Of a DNA stretch of 64,000 bases, positions 14,876 to 28,889 are shown piece by piece; position 1 is the stretch's first letter, and each line of letters begins with the position of its first letter. A program made the position numbers and the translations under genes. This stretch comes from Lingula anatina. Taxonomy: Eukaryota > Animalia > Brachiopoda. The notes beneath the pieces are model-generated. The model worked only from the letters and a program-made list of their open reading frames with translations. It did not search any database and was not told the origin of the DNA. The stretch is taken from assembly GCA_051362555.1 (NCBI GenBank), contig CM120641.1, positions 47,808,401-47,872,400 on the forward strand, given 5' to 3'.

Positions 14876-15934
14876 GTTATAACTAACTGGTTAAAAATGT
14901 GTTTTAATAATAAGAGATTGAAAAGCGTGGGGACTTTATGATTTAAATTGTAATTGGAAATGGTTCTGACATAACAAGTTCAACTAACATACATAGAGTA
15001 AAAGGAGAAGAGATTAAATCATTATTACAAGGCATGCTTTATATTTATTTTACAAGACATATTTCTAAAGGTATCCTTTATCACTATCCTTGAAGCTAAC
15101 ATATAGCAAGGGAACCTATGAGGACAGCTGTTGTTTTTATTTATGGATGAATACTTGTACTTTTGATTTTAACTGTGGTAATTGATGGTGAAAACATAGC
15201 GGTAGTAATGGCATGTTAACACAGACCAAGAGGACCATTAACCAAACTGGCTTTACTTCCAGGCATTTTTTCTCTGCATATCTGTTAATTTGTACTGAGA
15301 GACTGGCTTCTTCTTTTGTGCAATTTTAGTAGCGTGTGTCGTGTGTATGTGCCGTTAAGACACCTGATGCGGTTATAGTAGTGAGTGTAGTAGGGCATAG
15401 TAATACATTGATTAGGAACAAAGAAAGCAAATCTAGAGAGTGGAGGGATTAGATGAAAATGAATGAAAAAACAGAAGTGATTTATATATATAGCATGTTA
15501 AGGAAAAGAGTAAAAAAGTTTGTCCTTGAAGATAGTATGACTTATTTGTGCCTAGTTCCATTTTAAACTGAGCACTGAGTGTGGAGGGCAATGTCCAGTT
15601 GGACTGGAATTGGCCCCCCCAAGGAAGAAGCCCCCGGCAATGGTTTTTATAACCCAGACACAAAGCAGAGACTGGTGCATGTTCTGAGGATTCCTAGCTC
15701 AGGTGTGTTCTCATGTATATATATGTCAACACGTCTGGTTCACTCGTCACTGTAATGTGTGACCTGTCGTGAGGGTGCTGATGAACTGAGGCTTGGATTT
15801 CATAGACTACACGTATCAAATATGTGTGAAATAGGCATATGACTGAGTGCCACTGTCATATTTATTTGTTGGGTATGATTTTTCACATTTGTAGACATGG
15901 CACTTATTTATGTACATAAATATATACTAGTATA

Positions 15935-15936
<2 letters not shown>

Positions 15937-15976
<40 letters not shown>

Positions 15977-15989
15977 GGAGAGAGAGAGA
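15937..15989. repeat. (GA)n microsatellite
   Basis: Directly visible. Confidence 0.9.
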
Positions 15990-16877
15990 TCCAAATTTGT
16001 GTTCAGAATAGCTGAACTGGATGAATAAAAAATAACAGTATATCAAAAATGAGTTTCTTATGGTCCATGTGTTTTAAACTGTTATTTATGGTTTTAAACC
16101 TATATAAATGTGCTCTCCCCAACTGCCATAAGGCTGCAGCCAGGTCTACAGCAGGGCTCTATGGTTTTGGACTGGGCAGTCTGGGCAGTAATTGGTCTAA
16201 ATAAGGGGGTGGGGAGAGGTAATGACCCGTGACAGATATCACACTGATAAGCCTGGCTTGTTATGTAACTGGACAGCCATCAACTGGACATTACAAACTG
16301 GACTTGACAGCTGATGGGGCAGATAAACCAGCAGTAGCTGTGGTCAGGCAATGCTATTGGGGGTAAATGTGGAGAGAATGCTGTGTAGAATACTGAAACA
16401 ACCAGGAAAGCACTTGTTGGTGTAACCCATGTAAAGAATAGTTGTTGTTTGATCCTATAAATATAAATTTTTTTGGTTAGAGTATGTTAAGGAAAGATGT
16501 GATATGGAATATCTATCCATCTACTAGTAGTCCTTGTGTTGAAGGAAGGGCTTTGGTTGGGTGATTTCTGAAATATTCAGTTTTTCAAAATAAATAAATA
16601 AAAACATTTGAATTTTAAAACTAAGAACTCATTTTTGATATCATTAATTACAAGAATGCTAAGATCTTATCTACTGGAGTAATCTTATTTTATAATAATA
16701 ATAATAATAATAATCTTTATTAAGCAATAAAATGTGTACAAAATGTGATTTTAGTAGTGCCGTATTTGGCATTTTAATACCTGGTGTTAGACAGTATCAA
16801 TTTGACTGATATTTTTAATATGATTATTTTATAAAGCACATTCAAGAGACTCAAAACTTCTGCTCTATCGTTTCCAG

Positions 16878-17303
16878 CGCTCCCAGACCAGGATGTTTTA
16901 GTGTGTGGGGACTGCCATGAAGAGTTCGCACTCAATGACATTTGCAAGTTTATCCAACACAAAGTGAAACGATGTAACAAAGAGAACATAGACCCCTTCT
17001 CAGAGCCCGGTCCGCCTGGGGGGGAGGATGACGACAGACTGGACCAGTGCATGTCCGTCATAAGTACGGCACGGCGGACCAGTATTTCCGCACCCATAGC
17101 GCACAAAGGCTCAATTTCTAGTGATGGAAGAGATCGGTCATCGCCCCGGCCGTCCTTGCTTAGCCAAACGTCAAAGATTGAAGAAGAGGAAGAAGACAAT
17201 GGTGAATCAGGCCCCAGGGGGGAGAGGTCGCCCTCCCTGGCGTCTTTGCAGCAACCCTTGAGGCCCAAACAAGTGGATGCCGAATCAAACACAACACATA
17301 CAG
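16878..17303 (+). CDS. BCL11A: BCL11/CTIP zinc-finger transcription factor, internal coding exon with the N-terminal CCHC finger
   Basis: Acceptor tttccag|, donor CAG|gtaaat, phase 1/1 (an in-frame alternative acceptor would start the exon at 16887). Encodes DVLVCGDCHEEFALNDICKFIQHKVKRC, like the BCL11 CCHC finger (human [28 protein letters not shown]). Splices in frame to 26482. The first coding exon (MSRRKQ...) was not found in the window. Confidence 0.88.
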
Positions 17304-20300
17304 GTAAATAGAAGGGGCGGGGAAGAAAGGGGGTGGGGGAGTAATTTTGATTTGAGTAGACAGGGCTTATACCAGCTTGCAAAAAATATTATTTAACTGA
17401 GGAAATTAATTTCAGTTAATTTCATTTGTATATCAACGATTTGACTATTAAAATGGTAAACCAGGTGAAAAAAAGTCCCAACTAGGGCCTTTGGGCTATC
17501 AGCCCCGAAATTCTCAAAGACTTTATTTGTGATGTAGAGAAAAGAAATCCATTCTAAAACATTCTAGCCAGAGGATCAACTTTGAACTGTTTGCTGTGTA
17601 TCTGAACATGAACTTCGGTGAGTCTGTCGAGGATTGTTGGGTTCAGTGTATAAGGTGAAAGTACAAGCATTCATAACAGACCACAAGTAACCTGTCAGCA
17701 GTCTGAAAACAGTGCAAACCTACCCTGAAAGTAGAGGAGCTGAAACCCCCAGTCCAGATCAGATTTCTCAACACCAGGTTAAATATTTTTAAAGTAAGAT
17801 GCAGGTGTCTGTAAAGCAGAGGCACGTGTGGGGTGGGGGTCTCTGTGATCTGGTTGTTTGGTGACATCAGGAAGACCTTGACCAGTTCAGGTTTATACAC
17901 ACCAGAGGGGTGGAGGAGGGCTCTTTCTGTAAAAATATGGTCTTTTAACCTCTCTAGCTGGCCCAACTAAGTAATGACACAAAGTCCAGATCAAATTGTG
18001 GTTCAGATCTGACCTCTTCCAGCCAAAACGGTGGTTTTACCCCCCCCCCCCCCCCCCGAACTGTGACCTTCCACATGTGTATGGCTGTTCTATACTAAAT
18101 ATGTATTACATAAACATCTGTTATGTCTGATAGTGCATCCTGGTGAATGGATGTTTTTTAAGTTGCATAATGACATGCATCTGATGCTAATGGTGATTAA
18201 CACATGTTCATTTTATTACAAGGTGCTTCACTTTATTTTACTTTGTAGATCAGTGGCTTAGGTTACAGGACGCCTCCGTAACACTTAACATTGCTTTCTT
18301 CTGATTCAGTTCAGTTGTTCCTCGCTTGTTATCTTCTTTGTAACTTTTCTGTGTTTGAATTTATAATTACAGTAGTTACTTTGAGTTTTCAAAAAAAACT
18401 CATTTAATCTAAAATTTAAAGTCACAAAAGTGAACCTTCTGAAATAAAATCATCTCACTTTTCTAACTTTTGAATCAATTTTTTTTTCTGTTTATTTAAC
18501 AAAATTATTTGAGGATATAATTTTTAAAAAATGTTTAAATTTGATTGCTGACACCAAGTACTGACATCAACCTGTGTAATAGATATCTCCCTGTAGTATG
18601 TTAGGTAATTAGTAAACCAGGTTTCAGTGTGAATAGTTGAGAAACTCTTTGAGGTGAGAGAATCAGCAGGATCTAAAACTGATACATGACCAGACATAAG
18701 ATACTTGATAGGATGCTATTTTAGAGGAGAAAAACACCTGAAATAGACCGTTATATATGATAGTTTCCCACAATGCCTTGTGAGCTTACGCTTTTTTGGA
18801 ATAGCACAAAGCACAGTAGCATATATATATAAATAAATTCTATGTATGTCTACTCCACCTTTTTTTTTTATTAATTGCTTTACCTTGTGGTGAATGATCC
18901 TCTGGTAGGTACACCTGGTGTTCAGATCAGCGAATAATTTGGTCGTAGGTGCATATTGGGCAGCTAAATATAAGATAATTAACTAGTTATTCCATAAAAA
19001 ATTAACAGCATACTGGAAGAGCTTCACTATTGAAACTTCTATTTTTTAAATAAACGTATTTGGTGGTTAAATTTTCAAGTTTTAATTATAACCTTTAATT
19101 AAAAGAAAAAAATTCCCATTTTTTTTTTCATTTTATCTTTTGGCAAAATATATTATAAGCACTGAATAATGTTGAGGTTATAAGCAAATCCAGCCTGTAG
19201 TCAGCAATTTTAAAGGTAGTTCTTTTTCTGAAAATAGAAACCTTTTTACCCCCTTAGTTTGGTTAACTTTAGTAGTGGCTCAGGACCTAGATCAAGTTTT
19301 GAGACGTTTTCCTGGCAAAATGGCAGTTTTATTCTAACTCACTGATCCCCCTTACCCCCCCCCCCCCCCCCAACTGTGAGTCAAAGGACAACTGGTGTTC
19401 TGGAATATTATTTTATCATTTATAAATTAATTATTTTGTGTCTGTGTGTGTCCATCCTGGTATTGTAAAAGCAACCAACAAAAGAGTTAAATAGTTGAGA
19501 TAGTGTCAAGGGAGGGGGGTTATAGGTGCTAGTCATCATGTTTAAACTCTCTTGTGCCCTTGTTGTCATATGTACTAGGAAAAAAATTAATAAAGTGATA
19601 GATATATTTGCAGAAAATAAAAAAAGTTACTGAGTCTTGGATTGTAACTTTATCTGTCTGCTTGCAGCAAAATCTGAGGCTTTAAGACAAGATGCATTTC
19701 CTTTCTTATATTTTGTTCTACACAGGCACTGTTCTTTGTCTTATTGTTTAAAAATAACTCTCTCCTTCTAAATACAACGCTGGCATTGTATTGACATTTT
19801 ATAGCAACTGATTCATTGTAAAACAGTATATTTATAGTGGCACTTGACTCTGTCAAAATATAAAGTGGGGCGGGGGAGGGGGGGGGAACACAGTGTTGGG
19901 TAAATTTATTATCTGGATTGGTTATATGATATTTTGATGATAGTGTATTTTTCAATTCCAGTAGAGGTTTGGAGAAACATGTGATTTATCTTTCACCAAG
20001 GATTTTGGCAATTTTGTTATTATTTATTTCTGGGGAGCCAAGTTGATACAAGAAAGTATATAAACAAAACTAAAAACAAAATTCAGAGCTCACTACTAAC
20101 TGGTTTTGTGTTTTTGTGAGCCATAAAACTTGCCAGTTCCTCTTCCTTCTTGTCTAATAAATAAAAGGGATTTATGTCCATGTCATTTTTGTAATATATT
20201 TAAAGCAAGCAATTCAGTTGTCACTGTTGTCTTGTTTTGAGACAATTATTGCTGTTTTTATGAAGTTTGGTCTGTTTGAGGAATTCATTGGTCTTTGATT

Positions 20301-20667
20301 TCTGTTCATAAAGTCAGAGACTGAGTTGATAATAAAAACTATCTTGTGAGGTCAGCACTATTTGGTCACTTAATGACTGCATCAATCAAAATCTGTCATA
20401 TACCGCCCACTAAAATCTGTACCCAAAGTCATATGGTAATTAAATATGACAATAAAAAGAACAGGGTATTTACCAATATTTAGTGAAAGAATTCTGTTGG
20501 TGAATTGAAAGAATCATATTTTTTTTTAGATTAATAGGTAGATATATATCTAAATTAGACAAAGACATTTTTTAAAAACAAGTTGTCTTACTTCATTAAC
20601 AAAGACTTCAAGAGAAACCTGGGAGAGGGACCTTCCTATTGAAATAAATTCTAAATGGATTTGCCTA

Positions 20668-20802
20668 GCAGGGATAGGGCTTGATAAAACCAACTAAAAT
20701 TAGTTGATTTGACTTGTTTTTGTCAAATTTAAACCAGTTTAACAAAAAAAAGTGATGAAAGAATTGTGATTTGGCTTTAAAAAATTGAAATGTGCTACCC
20801 CT
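20668..20802. mobile_element. Degenerate MITE-like repeat, family B (inverted relative to 4880-5050)
   Basis: Inverted similarity to 4880-5050; CAGGG...CCCTG ends. Confidence 0.4.
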
Positions 20803-23277
20803 GTCTAGGATATAGAGGTATATTTACAGTACTAGGAAGTTTGGTTCAAGTTTTATAATGTACAGAAGACTTTTATGGCAAAATTAGTCACGATAGTAAT
20901 ATTATGATATTTCTGCAGTTTTTCCTTTTTCACCAAGGTCTGTCCTGTCCAAAATAATTGAGAAACATTTGAGTTTAAAAATAAACATTTTTAACATTAC
21001 TGGTCAAAATCATCATTTTTCTCCATTATGTCAGTCACTCCAAAAATAGAATAAGAATTAAATAGAATTGAAAATAAAAATTTTGTATACAGTTTTGGAC
21101 GTGGTATTTTTTAAGGATGAAAAGTGTTGAAAATGGCTAAAAAAGGTCTACCCCTGATTGTAGGACTTCAGTGACATGGGAAACTTTGAAAACAACTCTC
21201 TCAGTTTCATTGGCGGCTGTTGGGCTCCCAAGGTCAGAGCAAGCATATATCATCTGTTGGGTTAACACAAGCCATTTTCATCTTTTCTGCAAAATAAACC
21301 ACTCTTTTGTAAACTGTCTCTGCATATCCATCATAAATTATTTTAAACCTCTCACTTAAGATACCCAGACCAATACCAGGCATGCTTTATTGCCAGACGG
21401 TAAATTAAAAGTTGTTTATTGGCAGTGGTCTGTTAATTTCTGCCGCTACTTGCCCGGTCATCATAATGGTCAACTAAGGTGACTGGGCAGGTGGCCTTAG
21501 ACAAACAAGGCAGCTGGACAGCCAACTTGATGGATCGATTAAATTGAGATGGGAGACACACTGGGATTATTTTATTTTGTTTCCATTGATATTGAAAGCA
21601 GAAACTGACCTCCAAATCTTCTTCATGCTTGGACTAGATGGTGTCATTTCACCTTTGTGTAGCTAGTAGCGTTTAATCTCAGCTATCTTCTCTGGTTTTT
21701 TGCTCATATTCAAGCTGAATTGACCAGGCCTTTGGCAGTGCGTAGAGTGGTCATATCTCCTCTTTTGAATAATGATTTATATTAAATATTGAATAAATGA
21801 GAAAGCATGATATTAAGAGTCAGCAGTACATGACAGAAGAGGTGTGAACATATTTGACGTAGAGTTCAAGGTCTGGTGGGAGGTTGTGGTTAGTGGGACG
21901 TGTATTTGACAATCTTGAGGCTGCCATGGTATTCCAACTCCATTCTGCCTTGTCAGCAGAGGTGTCAGACAATTACAAAATGAGAAGTCGAAAGTCAGGG
22001 GTGGGTAACCACAATTTTCTGTAACATGTGCTCAACAGGTTTAGGTATCTATTTTTGCACAAAGTCTGCATTTTTATTCTAAATCTTGAACTAAATAGTT
22101 TTACCTCGGGGAAATTTGTGATATAATATGATGTTGTGTCATTCTGTGCCTTATACCCACTTTTAGTAGAACATTAACTTTCAGGAGATTAACGTGAAGC
22201 TTCAAAAATCTTCTCAACTGAGGCCATTTTAATATTACTAGTAGGTATCAATGTTAGGTCAATGAACTGGTGGCCCTCTGTGGTTGAGTTAAATTAAAAA
22301 GAAATAGATTTAACATCGTGTTGTAATCAGAAAAAATATATTTTGCCTGGATGGCACAAACCTCTTGAATTCAAACAGAAATGATTTAAACTTGGAATCC
22401 TCATAACTGTATATTTAAAGCGAAGCAGTTTTTGCAAATGTCTGCAGGGGTCATGTGACATGCTCCGTAGCTCTGTCTGTACTCGTAAGTCGTGTTCCTG
22501 CTGGGCGGACATGTGTTGCGCAAGCTATTGGCGTGTGGAGAGGTAGAGGAGAGGGGAACTGAATGCCAGCATCATGGATTAGATTAGATATTAAAAACAT
22601 GCACAGAGCTATTGGTTTTGAAGTGTGGCATTTTCAAAGATGGTGGCTGCTTTCTTGCTCTCTGATGGGCTTTTGCGTTTTTTTCTGCTGTGAGGTTTAA
22701 AAGGTGCTTGTTGTTAAAGGGAACGTGATTCATGTCTATTTTTTCTGTGATAATGCATTTGGTATTAAGGTTTTTACCTATTTGTTTTAGGTTTTAGAAA
22801 ATTTAAATTCATCTTTCACTCTTACCAACCTTTAAATTAACGGTTTGGTAGGAAAATTTCTTTTTTGAAACCAAGAAGTTTTTTTAATGTATTTGTTTAA
22901 TACTTAATATCTTGCTGTGACCTCAAATTTACCTCACCACAAAAAAATCTTAATCATCCAATTGTCCATGGTTTATGTTTGATTGGCATGATCATTTTTT
23001 TTATAACCTATGTTTTTTTGAACAGACGGCCCAGCTGGGAAGTATCTCCTCACTGGCAGTATCACCCCACAAAAGCTGAAGGAAATGTTTACATTTTCTG
23101 ATGACCTGTTATACTACCCAGTAAAGTAACTTGGCTGCTGCAATGTTGCGCAGTTCCTAAAATACTTAATGTAGCATGTGGCAGTTTGCCAACCAATGGC
23201 CTGGCTAAGGTCAGCCATCAGAACATGTACTTCCCTGTTTAAGTCCTTCCATGTAATCTTTTGATTTTTAACCCTAA

Positions 23278-24735
23278 TTAGTACCACCAGCGTGTACGCT
23301 GGCGGTACTCATGGTTTTAGTCCCGACCCGTATCGTACGGCTCCGCCGGCTCCGTAAGCTCCGCCGGCTCCGTGAGCTCCGCCGGCTCCGCAGGGTGGCG
23401 TGGGATACAAGTCACCGTTACCGCTTCTCCTCCTAGACTGCATGGGCCTGTGTCCCCATCTCTTGGATTTAGGTCACATATAATCTCAACTTGAACCCCC
23501 TGGTTTTTTTGTCTCGATCGGTGCAATTGCCTGGGCATGACGCTCGTTGAAATGCACCCTTGTCAAAATTTTTGAAAATTCAATGCTATATATCTCCCAA
23601 ACTGAAGGAATTATGGGAAAAATTAATATAGAAGTCTGACCGAAAGTCACATATGAGGATTCCAAATATGCCCTTGGATTTGACCTTTCTCCTTTATTTC
23701 AAGGTCAAACAGGCCAAAATTTTCAAAAAAAGGGAATTTTTTTACGAAAAAAAAATTATTTGTGCTGATATTCAGAAACTACGCAGACCTAACCTCTAAT
23801 ATTTTTGGTAGTTGTTACCCTTCAGGTTATCTTTCATCTCTGTGCGTTTCGAGTCAATCTATGCATTTTCACGGGAGCAGTGGCCATTAGATGCTGAAAC
23901 ATAAAACTCTCTCTAATTCTGGAGTCGTTAATGCTAGAGACCTCTTGTTTTTTGCATTTGATAGAGCATGTCAAGCCCAACACTGTAGGTGGTCTCCGTT
24001 TTTTTGTTTTCCATACGGTTCACGAGTTATGCTGTATCAAAAAGTACATTCCTACTTTTCACCATTAACTGAAGTTTGAAAATTTTTAGTCTCTTATATC
24101 TCCAAAACTAGAAGAGTTGGGTCAATAGTTACTATTGAAGTTGAATAGGAAGTCATATACTGGCATTTAACTGTGACCTTGAAATTGACCTTTGACCTAC
24201 TTTTCACCATGGACTGAACTTTGCAACTTTTTTCAGTGCTTATACTTTCAAAACTGGCAAAGATATGCCCATAGTTAGTACCACCAGTGTGTAAGCTGGG
24301 GGTATTCGTGGTTTTAGTACCAACCCATATCGTACGGCTCCGCAGGGTGGCGTGGGATAAAAGGCACCATTACCAATTATCCTCCTAGATCGCAAAAAAG
24401 GGAATTTCTGCAAAAAGATATTTGTTTGTGCCAATGTTCAGAAACTAAGCAGACCTTAGCTCTCATATTATACTGAGGGGTTACAATTGCAGACTGCTTT
24501 AATGTGTGGAAGTTCGGGGTCAATCGGTGCATTTTCATGGGAAAAGCAGCCATTAGATGCCAAAACTGAAAAAAAAAAAAAAAAAAAAAAACACCTTGTT
24601 TACTACATTTCCTGCAGCTTGTCACCCACAACCATACAGGTGGGGCCCCACTTTCTTTTTCTTTCCCATACAAATGCGCTTACCCCAGCTGGTGGTACAA
24701 TATCAGGAGGCGGTATCGCCTCTCTGATCCTCTAG
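23278..24735 (+). mobile_element. Second Helentron/HINE-like copy, composite, with only ~1.5 satellite units
   Basis: 5' hairpin GTACCACCAGCG-tgta-CGCTGGCGGTAC. Collinear similarity to 7290-8010. Near-identical 3' end GCTGGTGGTACAATA...GGAGGCGGTATCGCCTCTCTGATCCTCTAG. A second 5' terminus restarts at ~24278. Confidence 0.8.
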
Positions 24736-24890
24736 TTTTACCTGCTTTTCCCCTTTTTTATCTGTATTTGATTTTTTGCTATTTCTCTCTCTCTCTCCTC
24801 ATAGAATCCTATAATGTTTTAAATATAATTGTATTAACCTCTCTTTCCCCCGTCATAGAATCCTGTAACTTATTAAATATTAGTGCACTA

Positions 24891-24891
24891 A

Positions 24892-24956
<65 letters not shown>
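24891..24956. repeat. (CT)n(CA)n compound microsatellite
   Basis: Directly visible. Confidence 0.9.
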
Positions 24957-24960
<4 letters not shown>

Positions 24961-25667
24961 GAATCCTACACCTTTTAAAAATAAGTACATTAACAGAGAG
25001 CCAAGCAACCAACAGGCCTACATTGGGTGTATACTCTCTGACTGTGACATGAACCACTTTGCACCTGAACAAATTATGCATGCTACAGGTATAACAGTCT
25101 GACCTTTTCCCCCCACAGAGCACGGCCTGGGGTTGCATTTCACACCAAGTCTTCTTACATAATATGATGCAGCTGCCTGTCATTGTTCACACCTATGGGA
25201 TGAGCCAGATGAGATGCCATTTTTCCTTTCTAAAAATTCCTCCAGTGTCTGTGTTTCCATGACTTGCATTGCTCGAGATCTAAAATAGACCTTTATGTAT
25301 GAACAATAGAAAAAAGAAACAGAAATTGTTTGGTAATATCTAATTTAGGAAGCCCTTAAGCCTGCATTCACTAATAGAGTTTAGTCTGGGTAGTCTATGG
25401 GTAAAGGTGGTGTGGGGGAGTTATGTTATAGAAGAATACCAGGGCTGCCCACACACTTTAGAAACTCATACAAGACACAACACAGATAAAAAGTAAAGTT
25501 GACTCTGGTGATGCAGAGATAATCATCAATAGCCTGGGTACAAACAACAGGCAGGATATGCTATTTATATCATAAGGGTCATAGATTTTTTTCAGCATCC
25601 TGGTCTGAACCCAGTTCACAGCCCACTTTTCTTAGGGTATTTTTACCTGAAAACTTGAGAGAAACCT

Positions 25668-25822
25668 CAGGCTCGTAGCCAGGGGGGGTTCAGGGGGGGG
25701 GGTTCGCTGGGAAAAGGTCCACTTTGGGTAAAATTTGATCTAGGTACATGAAGGTTTTATGGTAAAAGATCCACTTTTTCAAAAAAAGAACCCCCCTTTT
25801 GAAAGTGCTGGCTATGGGCCTG
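25668..25822. mobile_element. MITE with CAGGC(T)CGTAGCCAG / CTGGCTATGGGCCTG terminal inverted repeats
   Basis: Imperfect 15-bp TIRs; AACCT is present on both flanks. Confidence 0.55.
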
Positions 25823-26481
25823 AACCTACACAGAAATTTACATGTTGCAAGATGGAGTTACTCATATAGTGTGTCCATGCATACACCAGCAGGCACCCTT
25901 GCTTTATGGTAAAAACTTGAAAATTTTGTCACTTAAAAATTAATTAATATTTTAAAATGTGTCAATCCGACACACACACCCATATAAGTTGATAAAACTT
26001 TTCAATGTAATGGAAAGTCCCATTTTCAAGTTTGGTGAAAATTTTCAAAGTGAAAAAAAAATTACACTGTCAGAGAATCGTCTTCTGGAAGAATTTTTTT
26101 AAAATGACTAAATGTTCAAGTTTTTACCATAGTCATCGCAGCAGATGTGGTCAAATAGTGATCTTCCCTTTGATCATATGATGTAGCAGTTGTAGAAGAC
26201 TGATAGGGCAATACTGTAGCAGCCAGCTGGAAATGACCTGCTCTGGCAAATAGTGTGGTAGTGAGACTGGTATACAGAATGGAAAATATGAATGCATGGA
26301 AAAATACATACATAAAGTGGTATTAGAATGTTTTTCAATATTTTCAGAGCTCTGCTCTACAGCTTTGGTTTGGAATCTTACAACCCACAGGTTAACACAT
26401 TCACTTTTAAAGACATTGCTCATTTGTGATATAAAGTGAAAAACAAAGGAAGCTAAAATATTTCATGTCTTCTCTTTTCAG

Positions 26482-28889
26482 AACCCAGCAACTTTGTTTG
26501 TGGAACATGCACTACAAAGTTCACTTCGGCCTGGTTCCTTCTCCAACATGTTCAGAATGCACACGGCATGAAGATCTACCTAGAGATTGAGCCGAGGTTG
26601 TCCTTTGAACCACCTCAGGCAGCAGCGGCAGCAGAAACTAATGGCAATAAAACTGAAACAGTAAAGATGGAGAGGCCGAAGACAGAAGAAATGGACGAGG
26701 AAGAGGAAGAAGAGGAAGGAGAGGATGATGAGGAGGAAAAATCGGAAAAGTCTAATCAACCACAAACGAGCAGACCATCGTCTCACACTCCTAGGTCAAT
26801 AGGAGAGATGAATGGAACTCCCCCTAATCTTTTCCTCCCATTTAGAAGCCCGTTTTCAGAAGTGCAGCAGCGATCTCCCTTTGGAAGCCTGCATCCTGGC
26901 AATTTTCACCGTCCACCTGGGCCGGAAATGCGCCTGGAAATGATGGCAGATCCGTTTAATAAAAGGGGTTTATATCCCTGGCCGCCGGGCTTTGATCCAC
27001 AGGGGCCTTTTCCACCAATGTTAGACCGCTCCCATCTCCTCCAGCTTAGAGAGGCTAGTCTGCGCGGGGCAACTTTGTCTGAGCTTGACTACTACTCCCA
27101 GCAGCTACGACGACTTGCAGGCACAGATTATAGTCCTACACCTTCTCCAACGACAACAAGACGTCACAGCGCCAGCTCCGCAGCTCCTCCCTACTCTCCA
27201 GCTAATCCACAGCCGTCAGCATTCTCTCCCAGCTCTAGTCAACCTTCGGAACAACCCAAGGATCCGCTGTCAGCACCAACAGCACAGCGACTCAAGTCCT
27301 GTGAATTTTGTGGAAAAAGCTTTAGATTCCAGAGTAATTTGATAGTCCACCGGCGATCGCACACGGGAGAGAAACCTTTCAAGTGCCCCCTTTGCCCCCA
27401 TGCATGCACGCAGGCAAGTAAGCTGAAACGCCACATGAAGACCCATAGGAACAAATCGCCCATGTCCTCTCAAGCATCCAATTTGTCTGCCGCAGGGTCA
27501 GATAACAGTGGCCTCTCCACCGCTAGCCCGGACTCCAACCGGCTGTCTCAGAGAGGCGAGGAGTCGGAGCTGGAGGATGAAGAGGAGGAGGAGTTTGAAG
27601 AGGAATTTGAGGAGGAAGAAGAGGAAGAGGAAATGGAGGGCATGGAGTTTGCAGAAGGTGACCAACCCACAGATCTTTCACATTTTCACAAAGAGGCAGC
27701 AGCACACTTCAGCACTGAGCAGACTTTACAAGACAAGCAGACGGCGGAGGACCAGCCTAAGGACTTGACTGTGGAAAGACCCAGCGCGTTCTCTCAGAAG
27801 CTTAACACAAGGTCCCCCAGCAGCACTGCATTCCCAGAAGAGAGCCAGAATCCCAATAAGGAGGATGGCAGTTCACGTGGCAGCTCTCCCAACTCGGATC
27901 CAGAGTCTCGCTCTGTATTGAAGGAAGTGATGAAGTCCTCTTTCTTAAAGAACATTCAGCAATATGATGAAGCCTTTAAACAAGCATTAGCAGAAAGTAC
28001 TCAACAAACAATAGCCATATCATCATCATCTGCCACATCAGAGAGGAAGGAACATGGATCTGAGAACATTGTTGAAAATGGGGTAAAAGAGCCACCGGGG
28101 TCTCCGTGCAGCTCTGCGAGGAGCCCAGTGGTGAAAAGTGAGCGACGCTCTGATACAGAGCCATTACCATCACCATCTTACGAGGCTGGTGTCCCCGAGT
28201 TCATAAAGAGAAAGAAACTGGATCAGCAGCAACAGCAGCAGCTGATGGAGCAGCATCATCGAAGGGTGGCCAACTTTGAAGGATTCTACCCCTGGTTCTC
28301 TCCACATGGTATCCACCCCCGAGATGTATTTATTGGCAATCTCCCGCATCCTCCTCCTCCTCATCTTTCCCTTCAACACACAGTGAGACACTCGCAAGCC
28401 AATGGAGTGCCTGGCATCACCGCAGACAACAGCGCTTTTCGCATCCACGAGAAAGGGGCGTCCTTAATGGGCGGCTTGCCCCCATCCTCTCATCGCCCGC
28501 AGTCACTGCCCTCGCTGCCTGTCAACACGCCCCAGAAGAAGGAGCATCGTCGCAATGACACCTGTGAGTATTGTGGGAAAATATTCAAGAATTGTAGTAA
28601 TTTGACAGTCCATCGCCGCAGTCACACGGGGGAGAAGCCGTACAAATGCGCACTGTGTAATTATGCATGTGCACAATCTAGCAAGCTCACACGACACATG
28701 AAAACGCATGGGCGACTCGGCAAGGACGTCTACCGCTGCAAGTTCTGTAACATGCCCTTTTCTGTGCCAAGTACGCTGGAGAAGCACATGCGCCGTTGTG
28801 CAGATAACCAACAGAATCGTATCCTGAGCGAAAACTCCCGTGACAGCAATGCGAGCTCTGTGGTTGCTACCAGTAATGCGCTCTGTTGA
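26482..28889 (+). CDS. BCL11A: BCL11/CTIP zinc-finger transcription factor, large terminal exon (ZF1, ZF2-3, acidic tract, ZF4-6)
   Basis: Acceptor tctcttttcag|. Begins [35 protein letters not shown] (human BCL11A [35 protein letters not shown]). Also KSCEFCGKSFRFQSNLIVHRRSHTGEKPFKC..., DTCEYCGKIFKNCSNLTVHRRSHTGEKPYKCALCNYACAQSSKLTRHMKTHG and YRCKFCNMPFSVPSTLEKHM. Stop TGA at 28887-28889. Probably the single invertebrate co-orthologue of BCL11A and BCL11B. Confidence 0.96.

Noticed and set aside
16774-17382. 202-aa minus-strand ORF
   Set aside because: Antisense shadow of the BCL11 exon with no recognisable features. The same applies to the short ORFs overlapping 26568-28889.
26568-28889. 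773-aa ORF as a complete single-exon gene
   Set aside because: The frame extends upstream through ZF1 to a splice acceptor at 26481, so the ATG is internal.
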